NCBI GenBank assembly: GCA_963808625.1
Contig: CAWEHK010000023.1
Span: 32,687-96,686 of the forward strand
Length of the DNA stretch: 64,000 bases
Direction of reading: 5' to 3'
Source of the DNA: an uncultured delta proteobacterium
Lineage (GTDB): Bacteria; Desulfobacterota; Syntrophobacteria; Syntrophobacterales; Syntrophobacteraceae
In this document: one piece after another, positions 19,037-29,989 of the stretch
Layout: every line of letters begins with the position of its first letter
Numbering within the stretch: position 1 is the stretch's first letter
Position numbers and translations under genes: made by a program
Notes under the pieces: generated by a model
Database searches by the model: none
What the model saw: only the letters and a program-made list of their open reading frames with translations
Told to the model about the DNA's origin: nothing

Positions 19037-19954
19037 TCAGTCCCGTCTCTTCTGTAGCCACGCGGCATAAGCCCTTAAAAAGACGATCGAGCAAAAGAAC
19101 GGAACGCAGTAAACCATGGCGACGAGGGGCTCGAGGGGACCGAAAAATTCCGAACTGAACACGACCACCAAAATGTTGTTGATGAGTCCGAAGCTGATTA
19201 CGCCCGAAAGCCTCTCGCCCGGCGGTTGCCCGAGCGAGGCCAGGGCGCCCGCCCCAAAAGAAAACACGGCCAGCACCACCGAAACCACCACCGCCTCCAG
19301 GATGACTGACGGTTTGTGATAGAAAAAGTCGGCGTACCGCGAGACGACGCCGAGAATAATCGCAATGCAGAGGGCGAGGGAGAGCCCATAATGATTCCGG
19401 GAGATTCTCTCAGCCGTGCGGGAAGAGAGGAACCTGACGAGCTCTGCGGCAACCAGCGGCGCGAAAATGACCTGGGCAAGAAGCCGAACCATGGCCGGCA
19501 GCGAAATCACGAGGGTTTCTCCCGCCAGCGTGCGCACGAGGACCGGCAGGGTAAAGGGCACTAAAATCGAGCTTGCGGTAACCATCATGATCACCAGGGC
19601 GGTATTGGCCTTGAGCAGGGTCGAGAAGAAAGGGGAGACAACGCCGCTCGAGATGCCTCCCAGGAGCAGGGCCGTCAAAGCGTATTCGGGAGCGATCGCC
19701 CGCGTCAGGTAAAAGAGCCCTACCGGCAGGATCACCAGCTTGAGTACAACCCAGCCGCACAACCGCAGCCCATAGCCTCGGGCCGCCTGGAGGATGGATT
19801 CCATGGGAATGGAAAGGAAGCTGAGGAAGAGCAGCACCATCATGAAGACCATCGGATACGGGCTGAAAGGCGCCCCGGCTTGCGGCCAGAGGATACTCAC
19901 CAGCATGGCACCGAAGATGGCGGCGAGCATAACCCAGTCTTTGGTTTGAATCAT
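19037..19954 (-). CDS. Bile acid:sodium symporter-like membrane transporter
   Basis: ~9-10 hydrophobic segments, ANTAL, SF.L.N motifs. Confidence 0.7.
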   Translation of the reverse strand: MIQTKDWVMLAAIFGAMLVSILWPQAGAPFSPYPMVFMMVLLFLSFLSIPMESILQAARGYGLRLCGWVVLKLVILPVGLFYLTRAIAPEYALTALLLGGISSGVVSPFFSTLLKANTALVIMMVTASSILVPFTLPVLVRTLAGETLVISLPAMVRLLAQVIFAPLVAAELVRFLSSRTAERISRNHYGLSLALCIAIILGVVSRYADFFYHKPSVILEAVVVSVVLAVFSFGAGALASLGQPPGERLSGVISFGLINNILVVVFSSEFFGPLEPLVAMVYCVPFFCSIVFLRAYAAWLQKRRD

Positions 19955-20058
19955 TCGAATTTGCTCCCGAAAGTTCGCTTAAGGGGCCGGTTCAGATGAG
20001 GCTGCCGGAGTGGCGCCGGTTAAAGGTGACTTCAGTTAGTTCCAGCCGCCGCTTTCCT

Positions 20059-20113
20059 GTAGGAGCGCCTCTGAGGCGCATTTCAAAAGGTCGCGGCAGA
20101 GTGCCGCTCCTAC
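20059..20113. repeat. GTAG-type REP doublet
   Basis: gtaggagcg...cgctcctac inverted pair. Confidence 0.6.
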
Positions 20114-20486
20114 GGGAAGCAGATTCCAAACCTCACGAGTATATGGTAGCAGGGTTGCGGTGCAAAAGAAATTGCCGGCGGCCCTCGTCAGGCTGAGGCG
20201 ATGGTAAAGGTCGGGCTGCAAGCGACCCAGCAGAGAAGCTTTGATCAGCAAGAATAACAGCCATAATGGAGGCCGAGCCAAAGAATTGGCGGGTATTTCA
20301 GGCCGGCGAACTCAAATGATTTCATTTATGGAGAGTTCTTGTTAGCATAACAAGCCCGTATATAGAACCAGTCAGATTCCAGGGCGGCATTCTTCGATCG
20401 GAATGGCCGCCCGCAGACTTTCGCTTTTGACCAATCCGCAGGTAAGACTGACGTTCCGGAAAGCCTTGACGCGAAAAAGGGGACAA

Positions 20487-23099
20487 ATGAAATCACGGGA
20501 AAAAAATACCGAGAGCAAGGTCTTCCCCATCGTCGGAATTGGGGCCTCCGCAGGGGGGCTTGAGGCTTTCGAACAATTCCTGCGCAGCACGCCACCCGAC
20601 ACCGGCATGGCCTTCGTCCTGGTCCAGCATCTCGACCCCACGCATAACGACATCATGGCCGAGCTCCTGCAGCGTGTCACCAAAATGAAGGTTTTTCAGG
20701 TCAAGGATGCGACCAGGGTTGAACCGGATTGCGTCTACGTGATCCCACCCAACAAGGACATGTCGATCCTGCATGGTGTTCTCCACCTCATGGAACCATC
20801 TGCCCGGCGCGGGCTGCGTCTTCCCATCGATTTCTTTTTCAGACACCTGGCGGAGGATCAGAAAACGAGAAGCATCGGCGTCATCCTCTCCGGCATGGGA
20901 ACGGACGGCACCCAGGGGCTAAAGGCGATCAAGGAAAAGATGGGCATGACCATGGTGCAGGATCCCGCCTCGGCCAAATTCGGCGGCATGCCCGGCAGCG
21001 CCGTCGATATGGGTCTTGCGGATTACATCGGCCGTGCCGAAGACCTGCCGGCAAAACTGCTCGCCTATGTCAAACACACGGCTGCCTCGAAAGCGCGGTT
21101 AGCCGCCGAGGAGAAGACTTCAGGCGCCCTGGAGAAGGTTTGTATCCTACTGCGAGCCCATACCGGCAATGATTTCTTCCTCTACAAAAAGAATATGCTC
21201 TACCGCCGCATTGAAAGACGGATGAGCATCCACCAGATCGACAAGATTCTCCTCTATGTCCGTTTTCTTCAGGAGAATCCCCAGGAACTCGATTTGCTCT
21301 TCAAGGAGCTGCTGATCGGGGTGACTAATTTCTTCCGGGATTCAGACGCCTTTGAGGTACTGAAAGCAAAAGCCATCCCCATGCTCTTGAAAAACAGGAT
21401 GCCGGATAACACCCTGCGGATATGGGTCCCGGGGTGTTCCACGGGGGAAGAGGCTTATTCCATGGCCATCATCCTGAGAGAGATGCTGGATGAGGTCAAA
21501 AGCAAATCCAGGTATAAGGTCCAAATCTTTGCTACCGACATTGACAAGGACGCGATTGATAAAGCCCGTCACGGTATTTATCCGGGCAGCATTGCTGCTG
21601 ATGTGTCTCCGGAGCGGTTGAAGAAGTTCTTCGTCAAAGAGGACGGCAACTATCGGGTCGGCAAGGAAATCCGGGAGATGGTGATCTTTGCGCCCCAGAA
21701 CGTCACCACGGACCCGCCCTTCACCAAGCTCGACCTGATCAGTTGCAGGAATCTCCTGATCTACCTGAACCCTGAACTGCAAAAGAAGCTCCTCTTCCTC
21801 TTTCACTACTGCTTGAGGCCCGAGGGTATTCTCTTTCTCGGTCCATCCGAGACCACAGGGAGCCTTACCGACCTCTTTGGCGCCCTGGAGGTCAAATGGA
21901 AGCTTTATGTGCGCCGGGAGTCTGCTGCTGCCATGATGCAGGGACTCGAGTTTCCCGCCTCCCTTTTCTCTCCTGAAACGGTTGAAAGGGAAGGGTTGAG
22001 AAGAGGTGAGGGCGCCCTTGCGAGCAACCTTCAAGATCTGGCTACCCGGCTGTTGCTCCAGGACTTTACCCCACCAGCCGTGCTCATCACCGACCAGGGT
22101 GACATTCTTTATATTAGCGGGCGTACCGGGAAATACCTCGAACCTGCGGCCGGGAAGGCCAATCTGAATATCTATGCCATGGCGCGTGAAGGGCTGCGAT
22201 ATGAACTGGGAAGCGGGGTGCAAAGAGCGTTAGCGGAGCATGAAGTCGTCGTCATTAAGGGGCTCACAGTAAAGACCGACAGCGCCCACCAAACGATCAA
22301 CCTCACCATCAAACCGGTAACTGAGCCGGGAGCGCTGAAGGGGCTCCTGCTGGTCGTCTTTGAGGATGTGGCAGGACCCCTGGTGACAAAACGGTCGCGC
22401 GGCCTAAAAATGGTCCCGGAAACCTTCCATGACGACAGGGTTGTCGAATTGGAAAGGGAACTTCAGTATACCAAACACAATCTTCAGAAAACCCTCGAAG
22501 AAATGCAGACTTCTCAGGAAGAGCTCAAGTCAGCCAACGAGGAGTTGCAGTCAACCAATGAGGAACTGCAGAGCACCAACGAAGAGTTGACCACATCCAA
22601 AGAGGAGCTGCAGTCCCTGAACGAGGAGCTGATGTCGGTCAATGCCGAGCTGGAGACCAAGATCGATGAACTGACCCTCACTCACGACGATATGAAGAAC
22701 CTCCTCAACAGCACTGACATCGCGACCCTCTTTCTTGACGGTGATCTGAACGTGAGACGCTTCACCCCGCAGGCGACCAACATCATTAAGCTGATAAGAA
22801 GCGACATCGGGAGGCCCATCACCGATATCAGGACGAGTCTTCACTATGACGCTCTGGTGGACGATGTGAAGGAGGTGCTCGAGACTCTTGCTTTCAAAGA
22901 AGTCCAGGCAATGACAAAAACCGGGCAGTGGTACACGGTGCGCATCATGCCTTACCGCACCCATGAGAACGTTATTGACGGCGCGGTGATTACCTTTGTG
23001 GACATTACGGCATTGAAGCAACTGGAAATATCGCTAAGGGAAAACGAGGAGCACTTGCAGGCTCTTCTGAGCTGCCAAAATCCGGAGATGCGAACATGA
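20487..23099 (+). CDS. CheB methylesterase-CheR methyltransferase fusion with coiled coil and PAS
   Basis: [41 protein letters not shown]; (EELQS)n coil. Confidence 0.9.
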   Translation: MKSREKNTESKVFPIVGIGASAGGLEAFEQFLRSTPPDTGMAFVLVQHLDPTHNDIMAELLQRVTKMKVFQVKDATRVEPDCVYVIPPNKDMSILHGVLHLMEPSARRGLRLPIDFFFRHLAEDQKTRSIGVILSGMGTDGTQGLKAIKEKMGMTMVQDPASAKFGGMPGSAVDMGLADYIGRAEDLPAKLLAYVKHTAASKARLAAEEKTSGALEKVCILLRAHTGNDFFLYKKNMLYRRIERRMSIHQIDKILLYVRFLQENPQELDLLFKELLIGVTNFFRDSDAFEVLKAKAIPMLLKNRMPDNTLRIWVPGCSTGEEAYSMAIILREMLDEVKSKSRYKVQIFATDIDKDAIDKARHGIYPGSIAADVSPERLKKFFVKEDGNYRVGKEIREMVIFAPQNVTTDPPFTKLDLISCRNLLIYLNPELQKKLLFLFHYCLRPEGILFLGPSETTGSLTDLFGALEVKWKLYVRRESAAAMMQGLEFPASLFSPETVEREGLRRGEGALASNLQDLATRLLLQDFTPPAVLITDQGDILYISGRTGKYLEPAAGKANLNIYAMAREGLRYELGSGVQRALAEHEVVVIKGLTVKTDSAHQTINLTIKPVTEPGALKGLLLVVFEDVAGPLVTKRSRGLKMVPETFHDDRVVELERELQYTKHNLQKTLEEMQTSQEELKSANEELQSTNEELQSTNEELTTSKEELQSLNEELMSVNAELETKIDELTLTHDDMKNLLNSTDIATLFLDGDLNVRRFTPQATNIIKLIRSDIGRPITDIRTSLHYDALVDDVKEVLETLAFKEVQAMTKTGQWYTVRIMPYRTHENVIDGAVITFVDITALKQLEISLRENEEHLQALLSCQNPEMRT

Positions 23100-25595
23100 C
23101 AAAAGATAAACCAAACTCACCGGACTTTTCCGCACTGCGCCGCGAGGCGGAAGAGCGGTTCGCGGAGAGACGGCGGGAGACCGGTCAACCCCCGGGTTAC
23201 GTTGAAAAATTGTTGCACGAATTACAGGTTCACCAGATTGAGCTCGAACTACAGAATGAGGAGCTTCGCAGCACCCAGGTGCAACTTCAAGAATCCCTCA
23301 CGCAGTATTCAGATCTCTATGACTTTGCGCCGGTAGGCTATTTCACCTTAAATGAAGAGGGACTGATTCTCAGGGCAAACCTTGCCGGGGCCACGCTCCT
23401 GGGTGTGGAGCGGCGCAATCTCATGAACAAGCCGCTGCGAACTTTTATTGCAAATGAGTCCCGGACAGTTTTTGATGATTTCCGTAGGACCCTCTTCAAA
23501 ACGTTGACCAAGCAACTGTGTGAAGTGAAGCTTTCGAGGGAAGGAAACCTCTCAGCCCATGTGCTGGTCGAGGGCATGGTCATCGAGGATACGCAAGGGA
23601 GCGGAAAACAATGCCGCATAGCAATCATTGATATCACCGGCCGGAAGCATGCCGAGGTGGCCCTTCGCCATGCTCACGACGAGTTGGAAGAAGGCGTGCG
23701 AGAACGCACCGCCGAACTGGTGGCTGCCAACCAGGAATTGCAGGCCGAGATCGCCGAGCGCAAACAGGTGCAGGAGGTCCTGAGCAAAAGCGAGGAACGC
23801 TTCCGCTCCCTGGTAACGGCCACCTCACAGATCGTGTGGACCACCGACCCAATGGGAGAGGTAGTGGATGATCTCCCCGCATGGCGTGTTTTCACCGGCC
23901 AGAGCGAGGAGGAGTACAAAGGTTCGGGCTGGAGTCAAGCGCTGCACCCGGAGGATCGCCGGCGAACCGCGGAAATCTGGAAGCAAGCCGTAAAATCACG
24001 AACGATCTATGATACCGAGTATCGCTTGCGTCGTTATGATGGAGAATATCGGCACGTTGCCGCGCGAGGTGTGCCGGTGCTGGACAAGGATGGCAGCATC
24101 CGGGAATGGGTAGGGACCTGTACCGACATCACCGAACGAAAGCGGGCAGAGGAAACCCTGAGGCGATACGCATTGCTCTCAAAACATGCTCGCGAAATCA
24201 TCCTCTTTATCTCTCAAGATGGGCGCATTTTGGAAGCCAATGAAGCCGCCTGTGCAGCATACGGGTATGATCGGGAAACTATTTTAGCCTTGACTGTTAA
24301 CGATCTTCGAGCTCCTGAGACGAGAGCATCAGATACCGGATCAAATGGAGAAAGCCTTCAGCGAGGGGAATTTTTTCGAGAGCAGGCACGTGCGAAAGGA
24401 CGGCAGTGTCTTCCCGGTTGAGGTAAGCTCCCACGGTGTCGAATTCGGTGAGGAGAAAATCCTTCTGAGCATTATCCGGGACATCACTGAGCGCAAACAG
24501 GCGGAAGAAAAGGTAAGCAGCGCCAAGGCAATGCTGCAGACGATCTTCGACGGTATTTCAGATCCCCTGTTAATGGTTGCAAAGGATTTTACCGTCAGGA
24601 TGCTCAACGAAGCTGCATCGAGATACTATCGCATCGCCGACAGCGAAGAGACGGTACGGAAATTTTGTTACGAACTGGCTTTTGGAAAACATGAACCCTG
24701 TGACGGTTGCGTTGTGCGTTCGGCCATGCAGGAGGGAAAGAGTACAATCTGGGAGCGGAAAGGACTCTTCGATTCGGAGCGTACCGAAGAAGTGGTAGTT
24801 TACCCTGTAGACGAGGCAGATAGTGGGTTTTCCGGCGCCATTATCCGAATCAGTGACATCACCGAAATCAGGAACTTGGAGAAACAGATGATGCGTGCGG
24901 ACCGGCTCTCTTCTCTGGGACAGCTTTCAGGTGGCATCGCCCATGAAATCCGAAATCCTTTGGCTGGAATAAGCCTCTTTGTCGATGTCCTCAGGAACGA
25001 AGAAAAATTCAGTCGGACCAGCCAGGAACAAATTATTTTTGAAGAGATCAAGCACAACATCCGGAAGATTGACGGGATCATCAAAAGAGTCCTGAGTTAC
25101 GCCAGGCAGTCGGGTGATACCAGCCAGAGCAGGCTGGAGGTGCGCCGACTGATTGAGGAGGGCCTCAAGCTCTGGCGCTTAAGGCTGGAGAACGATGGCA
25201 TTCAATTGAGATTGTCCCTTGAGGAGGACCTTCACGAGGTCCTTGGAGATCCCATTGAAATCCACCAGGTCCTGACTAACCTGATTCAGAATGCCCTTGA
25301 GGCTATGGACAAAGAAGGCACCCTCAGCATCAGCGTTCAAAATGGAAGCCTCTCCTGTGATACGAAACGCCCAGCGGTGATCATAAAGGTCGAGGACTCC
25401 GGCCGGGGAATTCCATTCGACCAGCAAAAGCACATCTTCAATCCGTTTTTCACCACCAAGCATACCGGTACGGGGTTGGGGCTGGCCATCTCGCACCGGA
25501 TCGTTGCCCGCCACGGGGGGCTCATCTCATTCAAGAGCGTACCCGATGGGGGAACGACATTTACGGTTGAACTTCCCGCTGCACCAAGGGGTTGA
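23096..25595 (+). CDS. Multi-PAS sensor histidine kinase (frameshift near 24335)
   Basis: [13 protein letters not shown]-terminus, PAS repeats, H-box [11 protein letters not shown] boxes GTGLGL; overlaps the cheBR stop. Confidence 0.85.
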
Positions 25596-25650
25596 AGCGT
25601 CAGACGCACAACCGCTGCCCATAGTCCTGGGCCGCGTGCAGGATGGAGCG

Positions 25651-25793
25651 TTAGAGACTTTCCAAAAACAACTTGCCCTCATTTCAGCCCTTTTTCGAAC
25701 CACGAAGAACACGAAGAGCACGAAGTAATCACTTCGTGCTCTTCGTGTTCTTCGTGGTAAAAGAGGGCCTTTTATTTTTGGACGCCCCCTTAA
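25651..25793 (-). mobile_element. MITE family A copy
   Basis: Reverse-orientation copy flanked by TTA..TTA. Confidence 0.8.
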
Positions 25794-25810
25794 GGACATG
25801 AGGTGCGGAT

Positions 25811-27012
25811 TCAAGAGGAGACGCTTCCCCTCCGTTCCCGGGGAAGGTTCCTGAGAAAAAGGTAGGAAAGCGGCGGCAGGAGGATGAGAAAGCCGTAGAG
25901 GAGTAGATGGAAGGTCTCTTGCACCGCCACCTGGTCGGCCAGCCTGCCGACAAGGGGGCCGGTTATGATGAAGGCGACACGGAACGCCAGGGCCTGGAGG
26001 GACAGGATGCTTGCCCGATTCGCCGACGGGCTTTCGCCCTGGGTATGGCTGAGGAACATCGGCCCCCGCAGCCCCCGCATGCTGGTCAGGAGGTAGTAAA
26101 AGAGGAAGCCGAAGGCCCCCCCGATGAGCCCGAGTCCGCAATAGCCTGCCAGGATCAGGGCGATGCAGAGCAGGACCATGTTCCGGTCCCCGAGGGAAGC
26201 GTGCACCCGGTGGCTTGCCAGGGCAAAGATTGCTACCGTGAGATTGGCCCCGGTCCAGACCGGGCCGAACCAGGCCAGGGGCACACCGTGCTGCTGCATA
26301 TAGGGCTGGATGAGCCAGACCGGATAGAAGGAAGCGAGCCCGAGGAACGTGTTGAGGAGGATGGTGGCGCGCAGGCGTCGGTTTTCAACGAAGGCGTAAC
26401 GGGTGATCCGGAGGGCTTCCGCAAGGTGCGTGCGGGTAAAGAGCACCTGATCCCGCGGAGGTTCGTGCAGGGTGCGGGTAACGGAAAATGCTATGACCCA
26501 TACCCCGATCTGGAGGAAAAACGGGAGGAGGGGAGCGGAGGCGTACAGCACCCCCGCAAACAGCGCCCCCAATGCCTCGCCCGTCTGGGCGAAGCCGTTC
26601 ATACGTCCTTCGTAGCGGGCGTAGAGATGCTCCGCTCCTTGGCCCGCAGCGACTCATAAAGGAGTGCGCTATCGGAGCCGCTGATGAACGACAAGGCGGT
26701 GCCGAGGAGGATTTCGGCGGCCAGAACGTCGGCAAACGAGTCAGCTATCGTGTAGATCCCCCACCCGGCGGTGCCGAGAACGGTGGCGATGGTGAGGGCG
26801 TTGCGGTAGCCGAGGCGGTCGCTGATGTAGCCGGAAGGGTATTCGAGGACCACGGTGGCGGCGGAGAAGATGCTCTGCAAGAGGAGGATTTCCGTCAGGT
26901 TCAGGCCGATGTGGTCTTTCCAGAAGAGCGTGATGATCGCCATGGGGAACAGGGTCTTCTGGAGGAAGGAGAACGCGTAGAGTTTACCAATATTTGCGTG
27001 GAGTTTTGTCAT
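25811..27012 (-). CDS. MFS transporter (frameshift near 26620)
   Basis: LEYPSGYISDRLG, SGSDSALLYESL, RASILS motifs; two ORFs join. Confidence 0.85.
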
Positions 27013-27570
27013 CGGCCTATGAGGTTCACGGAGCACCTAGAAAACTTGCTCATCCGTGCCACCGGGTGAGCCCATAGCATTCATCTAATCCATGAATGTT
27101 TCATCTTACACCCACATAAAATCAAGGGCAAAGGTCAGAAGGGGCCTCTATTCGGAAACAGATTTTGGCGGGAACGACCCACCGATCCTGCGGGGATTTA
27201 AAGTATGTCAAATTTTTGACTTCAATTGGCATAATGTGCTGATTGCAAATATGGGGTCGCCTGTTTCTCGAGGACATTTTCCCTTTGACAACGGTGTGTG
27301 GCTGCCTATACTGAATTCGGCCGCTGTCTGAAGGAAGGCGGGCCGGAGAATCACGCGCTGCTTTCACCGTCAGAGCACATCCTCCAAAGTGAAATTTCTG
27401 TCGCCTCCTTTTCGATTGCCTTGCATTGTCCATTCTTCTTTCTATCGTCCTTGCAGACTCTCCGGGAACGTTAAACCGGCTGTGAAAGGGGGTGATGGAG
27501 GGGAAATTCAATCAGGCAGGACTCGTTCGTTGGTACCCATTTGAATGAACATTGGTGGAAAGGAGCGAAG

Positions 27571-27957
27571 ATGAAGAGAATTTTAGCGGTATGCGTTGTG
27601 TTGATCATGGGCTTGCTGCTGGTTCACAATGTCTATGCGGCGGACAAGGACGCCATCAAGAAGCAAGTGGATGAGATTGTCGTCGCCATCGACGGAGGGA
27701 AGAAGGCTGACGATTTCGCCGATGCAGCCAAAAAGGACCCCTACGTTTTCATTCTCGGAGCAAATGACATTCTTCTGGTTCACCCCTCTCTGGCCGGGCA
27801 AAACCTGAAAGAAAAGGCGGAGCCGATTTACGTTTCCGTGATCAAAGCCACGCCCGAGGGAGGGTGGGTTGAGTACGTATGGCAAGGCAAGCTAAAACAC
27901 ACTTATGTGAAAAAAACCAAGAGTAATCTGATCGTGGGAAGCGGTTATTCCGACTAG
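27571..27957 (+). CDS. Stand-alone periplasmic single Cache domain protein
   Basis: Signal peptide, YVFI...HPSLAG.N, GGWVEYVW, K.TYV, VGSGY. Confidence 0.75.
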   Translation: MKRILAVCVVLIMGLLLVHNVYAADKDAIKKQVDEIVVAIDGGKKADDFADAAKKDPYVFILGANDILLVHPSLAGQNLKEKAEPIYVSVIKATPEGGWVEYVWQGKLKHTYVKKTKSNLIVGSGYSD

Positions 27958-28346
27958 CTTTCTTAACCGTGGCCTACGCCGTATGCGGGTTGGCAGGAGA
28001 CCGGTTGAGTTGGAAAACACCGACGTCCGGCCCTTCCAGTATGTAGAGCTGAGGCTTCCCCCCGCACCTGTCACCTTCAATTTGTTGTTCATCGCTTATA
28101 ATAGCTGACCGTCTGGCTGCTGCGGTTTCGGATCTGTCCGCCGGCGGAGTATGCGCTTGCAGTTTTGCTGTGCTGCTCCGCCAATCTTTTTACACAGGTT
28201 TGGTTAATCTTGGCGCGGTGCATCTCCCGGAGTGGTTCTCACCCTCCTCCGCAAAAGGCCTGTCGGCCTGTAAAAAAAACAAGCCACCCAAGGCCGAACA
28301 ACCGCTTCCATACAGGTTACACGCATCAGCGGCCTCTGCCTGACTC

Positions 28347-28507
28347 CTAAGTACAACGCCGCATAAATAAGTGTCCGAAGTCGACGCGTCATTCCCGCGT
28401 GTTTCTGGCGGGAATCCAGGCTGGGCAAATTCTCTGGATTCCCGCTAAGCGCATGCGGGAATGACGACCTGGGGTAATGGACATTCTCTTATGCCGAGCT
28501 GTAATAA
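28347..28507 (-). mobile_element. MITE family B copy
   Basis: ctaagtacaacgccgcataa...ttatgccgagctgtaa with a GTCATTCCCGC/GCGGGAATGAC core. Confidence 0.75.
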
Positions 28508-28662
28508 GGTTAAGGATTTGAGATTCGCAACATTCTGCTACAATATTCATGCTAGGGTATTCTCTTGGGACCCGGAAGGTGTGTCCAATTGGGAAGCCAG
28601 GTTTGAGTGACAAACGGGCAACCGGACAAGGGCCATCATCCCGCAGTGCAAAGGATCATTAC

Positions 28663-29916
28663 ATGGCGTCACGAAAGGGCATCATTGTTCTCATGGGTTC
28701 CGGAGAACTGACGGCAACCATGGTTGAAGTCCATAAAGAATTGCTGGCGCGGGTCCCTGCTCCGCCGCGCGCGGTTTTTCTCGATACGCCTGCGGGCTTC
28801 CAGCTCAACGTAGACCAGTTGTCGCAGAAAGCCGTCGAGTATTTTCACGACCGTATCCAGCAACCCATGGCTGTCGCTTCGTTCAAGGCAAAGGAGGCGA
28901 TCACGCCAGACGAAACCGAGCGAGCCTTCCGCACCCTGCAGGACGCCAATTTTCTCCTTATTGGTCCCGGAAGTCCCACCTATGCGGTGCGCAACTGGCG
29001 GCAGACGCTCATTCCGGAACTCCTCACGAGAGCGATCGAGCGAGGTGGCTGCCTGATTGCGGCCAGCGCCGCCGCGCTTACGGTGGGAAGCTTTTCCCTT
29101 CCCGTCTATGAGATCTATAAGGTGGGCGAGGACCTGCATTGGGTCGAAGGAGTGAACATCCTTGCCCATTTTGGCTTCAACCTCGCGGTGATTCCCCACT
29201 GGAACAATGCCGAAGGGGGTACGCACGATACGCGGTTCTGCTACATGGGGGAGGCGCGCTTCGAGAAACTCGAGGCCCTTTTGCCGGAAGACGTTGCCAT
29301 TTTTGGCCTGGATGAACATACCGCATGTCTGATGGACCTCGAGACCGACGAGGCGGTGATCAAGGGCATCGGCCGGGTAACCCTGCGACAGCGCGGTTCC
29401 GAGATCACTTTCGAGAAGGGGGAGCGCTTTTCGCTGGATCTCCTGCGCGGTGACAAGACCCACAAGGCATGGAAGGCGATCACCCCGCAGGCCGCCCCGG
29501 TGGAGCTCCCTGCGGGTGTACGGCAGGAGTCTTTCTGGGACCGGATTCATGCGCTCGAGGCGGTCTTTCATGCCGGTTTCGAGCAATATGAACTGAAAAC
29601 CATTACCAGCACCCTGCTGGAGCTGGATCGAACGATCTGGGAGGCCCATCAGGACCTTGAGAGTACGGAATTCATCTCCCAGGCGCGGGAGATATTGCGG
29701 GAGATGATCGTCCTGCTCGGGGTGAAACTGGACTCTGCTCCGCAGGATAAGACCGCATGCGTGGCCCCTCTCGTTGTGGAAATGATCGCGTTGCGGGAAA
29801 GATTCCGACAGGGGAAGAAGTGGCAGGAGGCCGATGCGGTTCGTGAAAGCCTGCAACGTGGGAACATCATTGTGGAAGACACCAAGGATGGTCCTCGCTG
29901 GCACGTGGGGTCTTGA
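28663..29916 (+). CDS. Peptidase S51/class I GATase-like domain fused to a CysRS C-terminal anticodon-binding domain
   Basis: MGSGE, GPGSP, nucleophile elbow ASAAA, IPHWN, GLDEHTA; C-terminal R.RFR....W..ADAVR..L...NIIVED...GPRW. Confidence 0.8.
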   Translation: MASRKGIIVLMGSGELTATMVEVHKELLARVPAPPRAVFLDTPAGFQLNVDQLSQKAVEYFHDRIQQPMAVASFKAKEAITPDETERAFRTLQDANFLLIGPGSPTYAVRNWRQTLIPELLTRAIERGGCLIAASAAALTVGSFSLPVYEIYKVGEDLHWVEGVNILAHFGFNLAVIPHWNNAEGGTHDTRFCYMGEARFEKLEALLPEDVAIFGLDEHTACLMDLETDEAVIKGIGRVTLRQRGSEITFEKGERFSLDLLRGDKTHKAWKAITPQAAPVELPAGVRQESFWDRIHALEAVFHAGFEQYELKTITSTLLELDRTIWEAHQDLESTEFISQAREILREMIVLLGVKLDSAPQDKTACVAPLVVEMIALRERFRQGKKWQEADAVRESLQRGNIIVEDTKDGPRWHVGS

Positions 29917-29989
29917 GGGCCGGGAGCCGGGAACCAGCTCATCGCAATCTCCCTATGGTCTGATTCGGTTGTAACGGAGGGCTTCAAAC

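Noticed and set aside
27040..27540. Intergenic region with short ORFs and a TGGCA..TGC sigma54-like site
   Set aside because: GG-to-GC spacing does not fit -24/-12, and the ORFs lack motifs.
28663..29916. Annotating this gene as cysteinyl-tRNA synthetase or MshC
   Set aside because: No HIGH/KMSKS Rossmann catalytic domain; only the C-terminal anticodon domain is shared.
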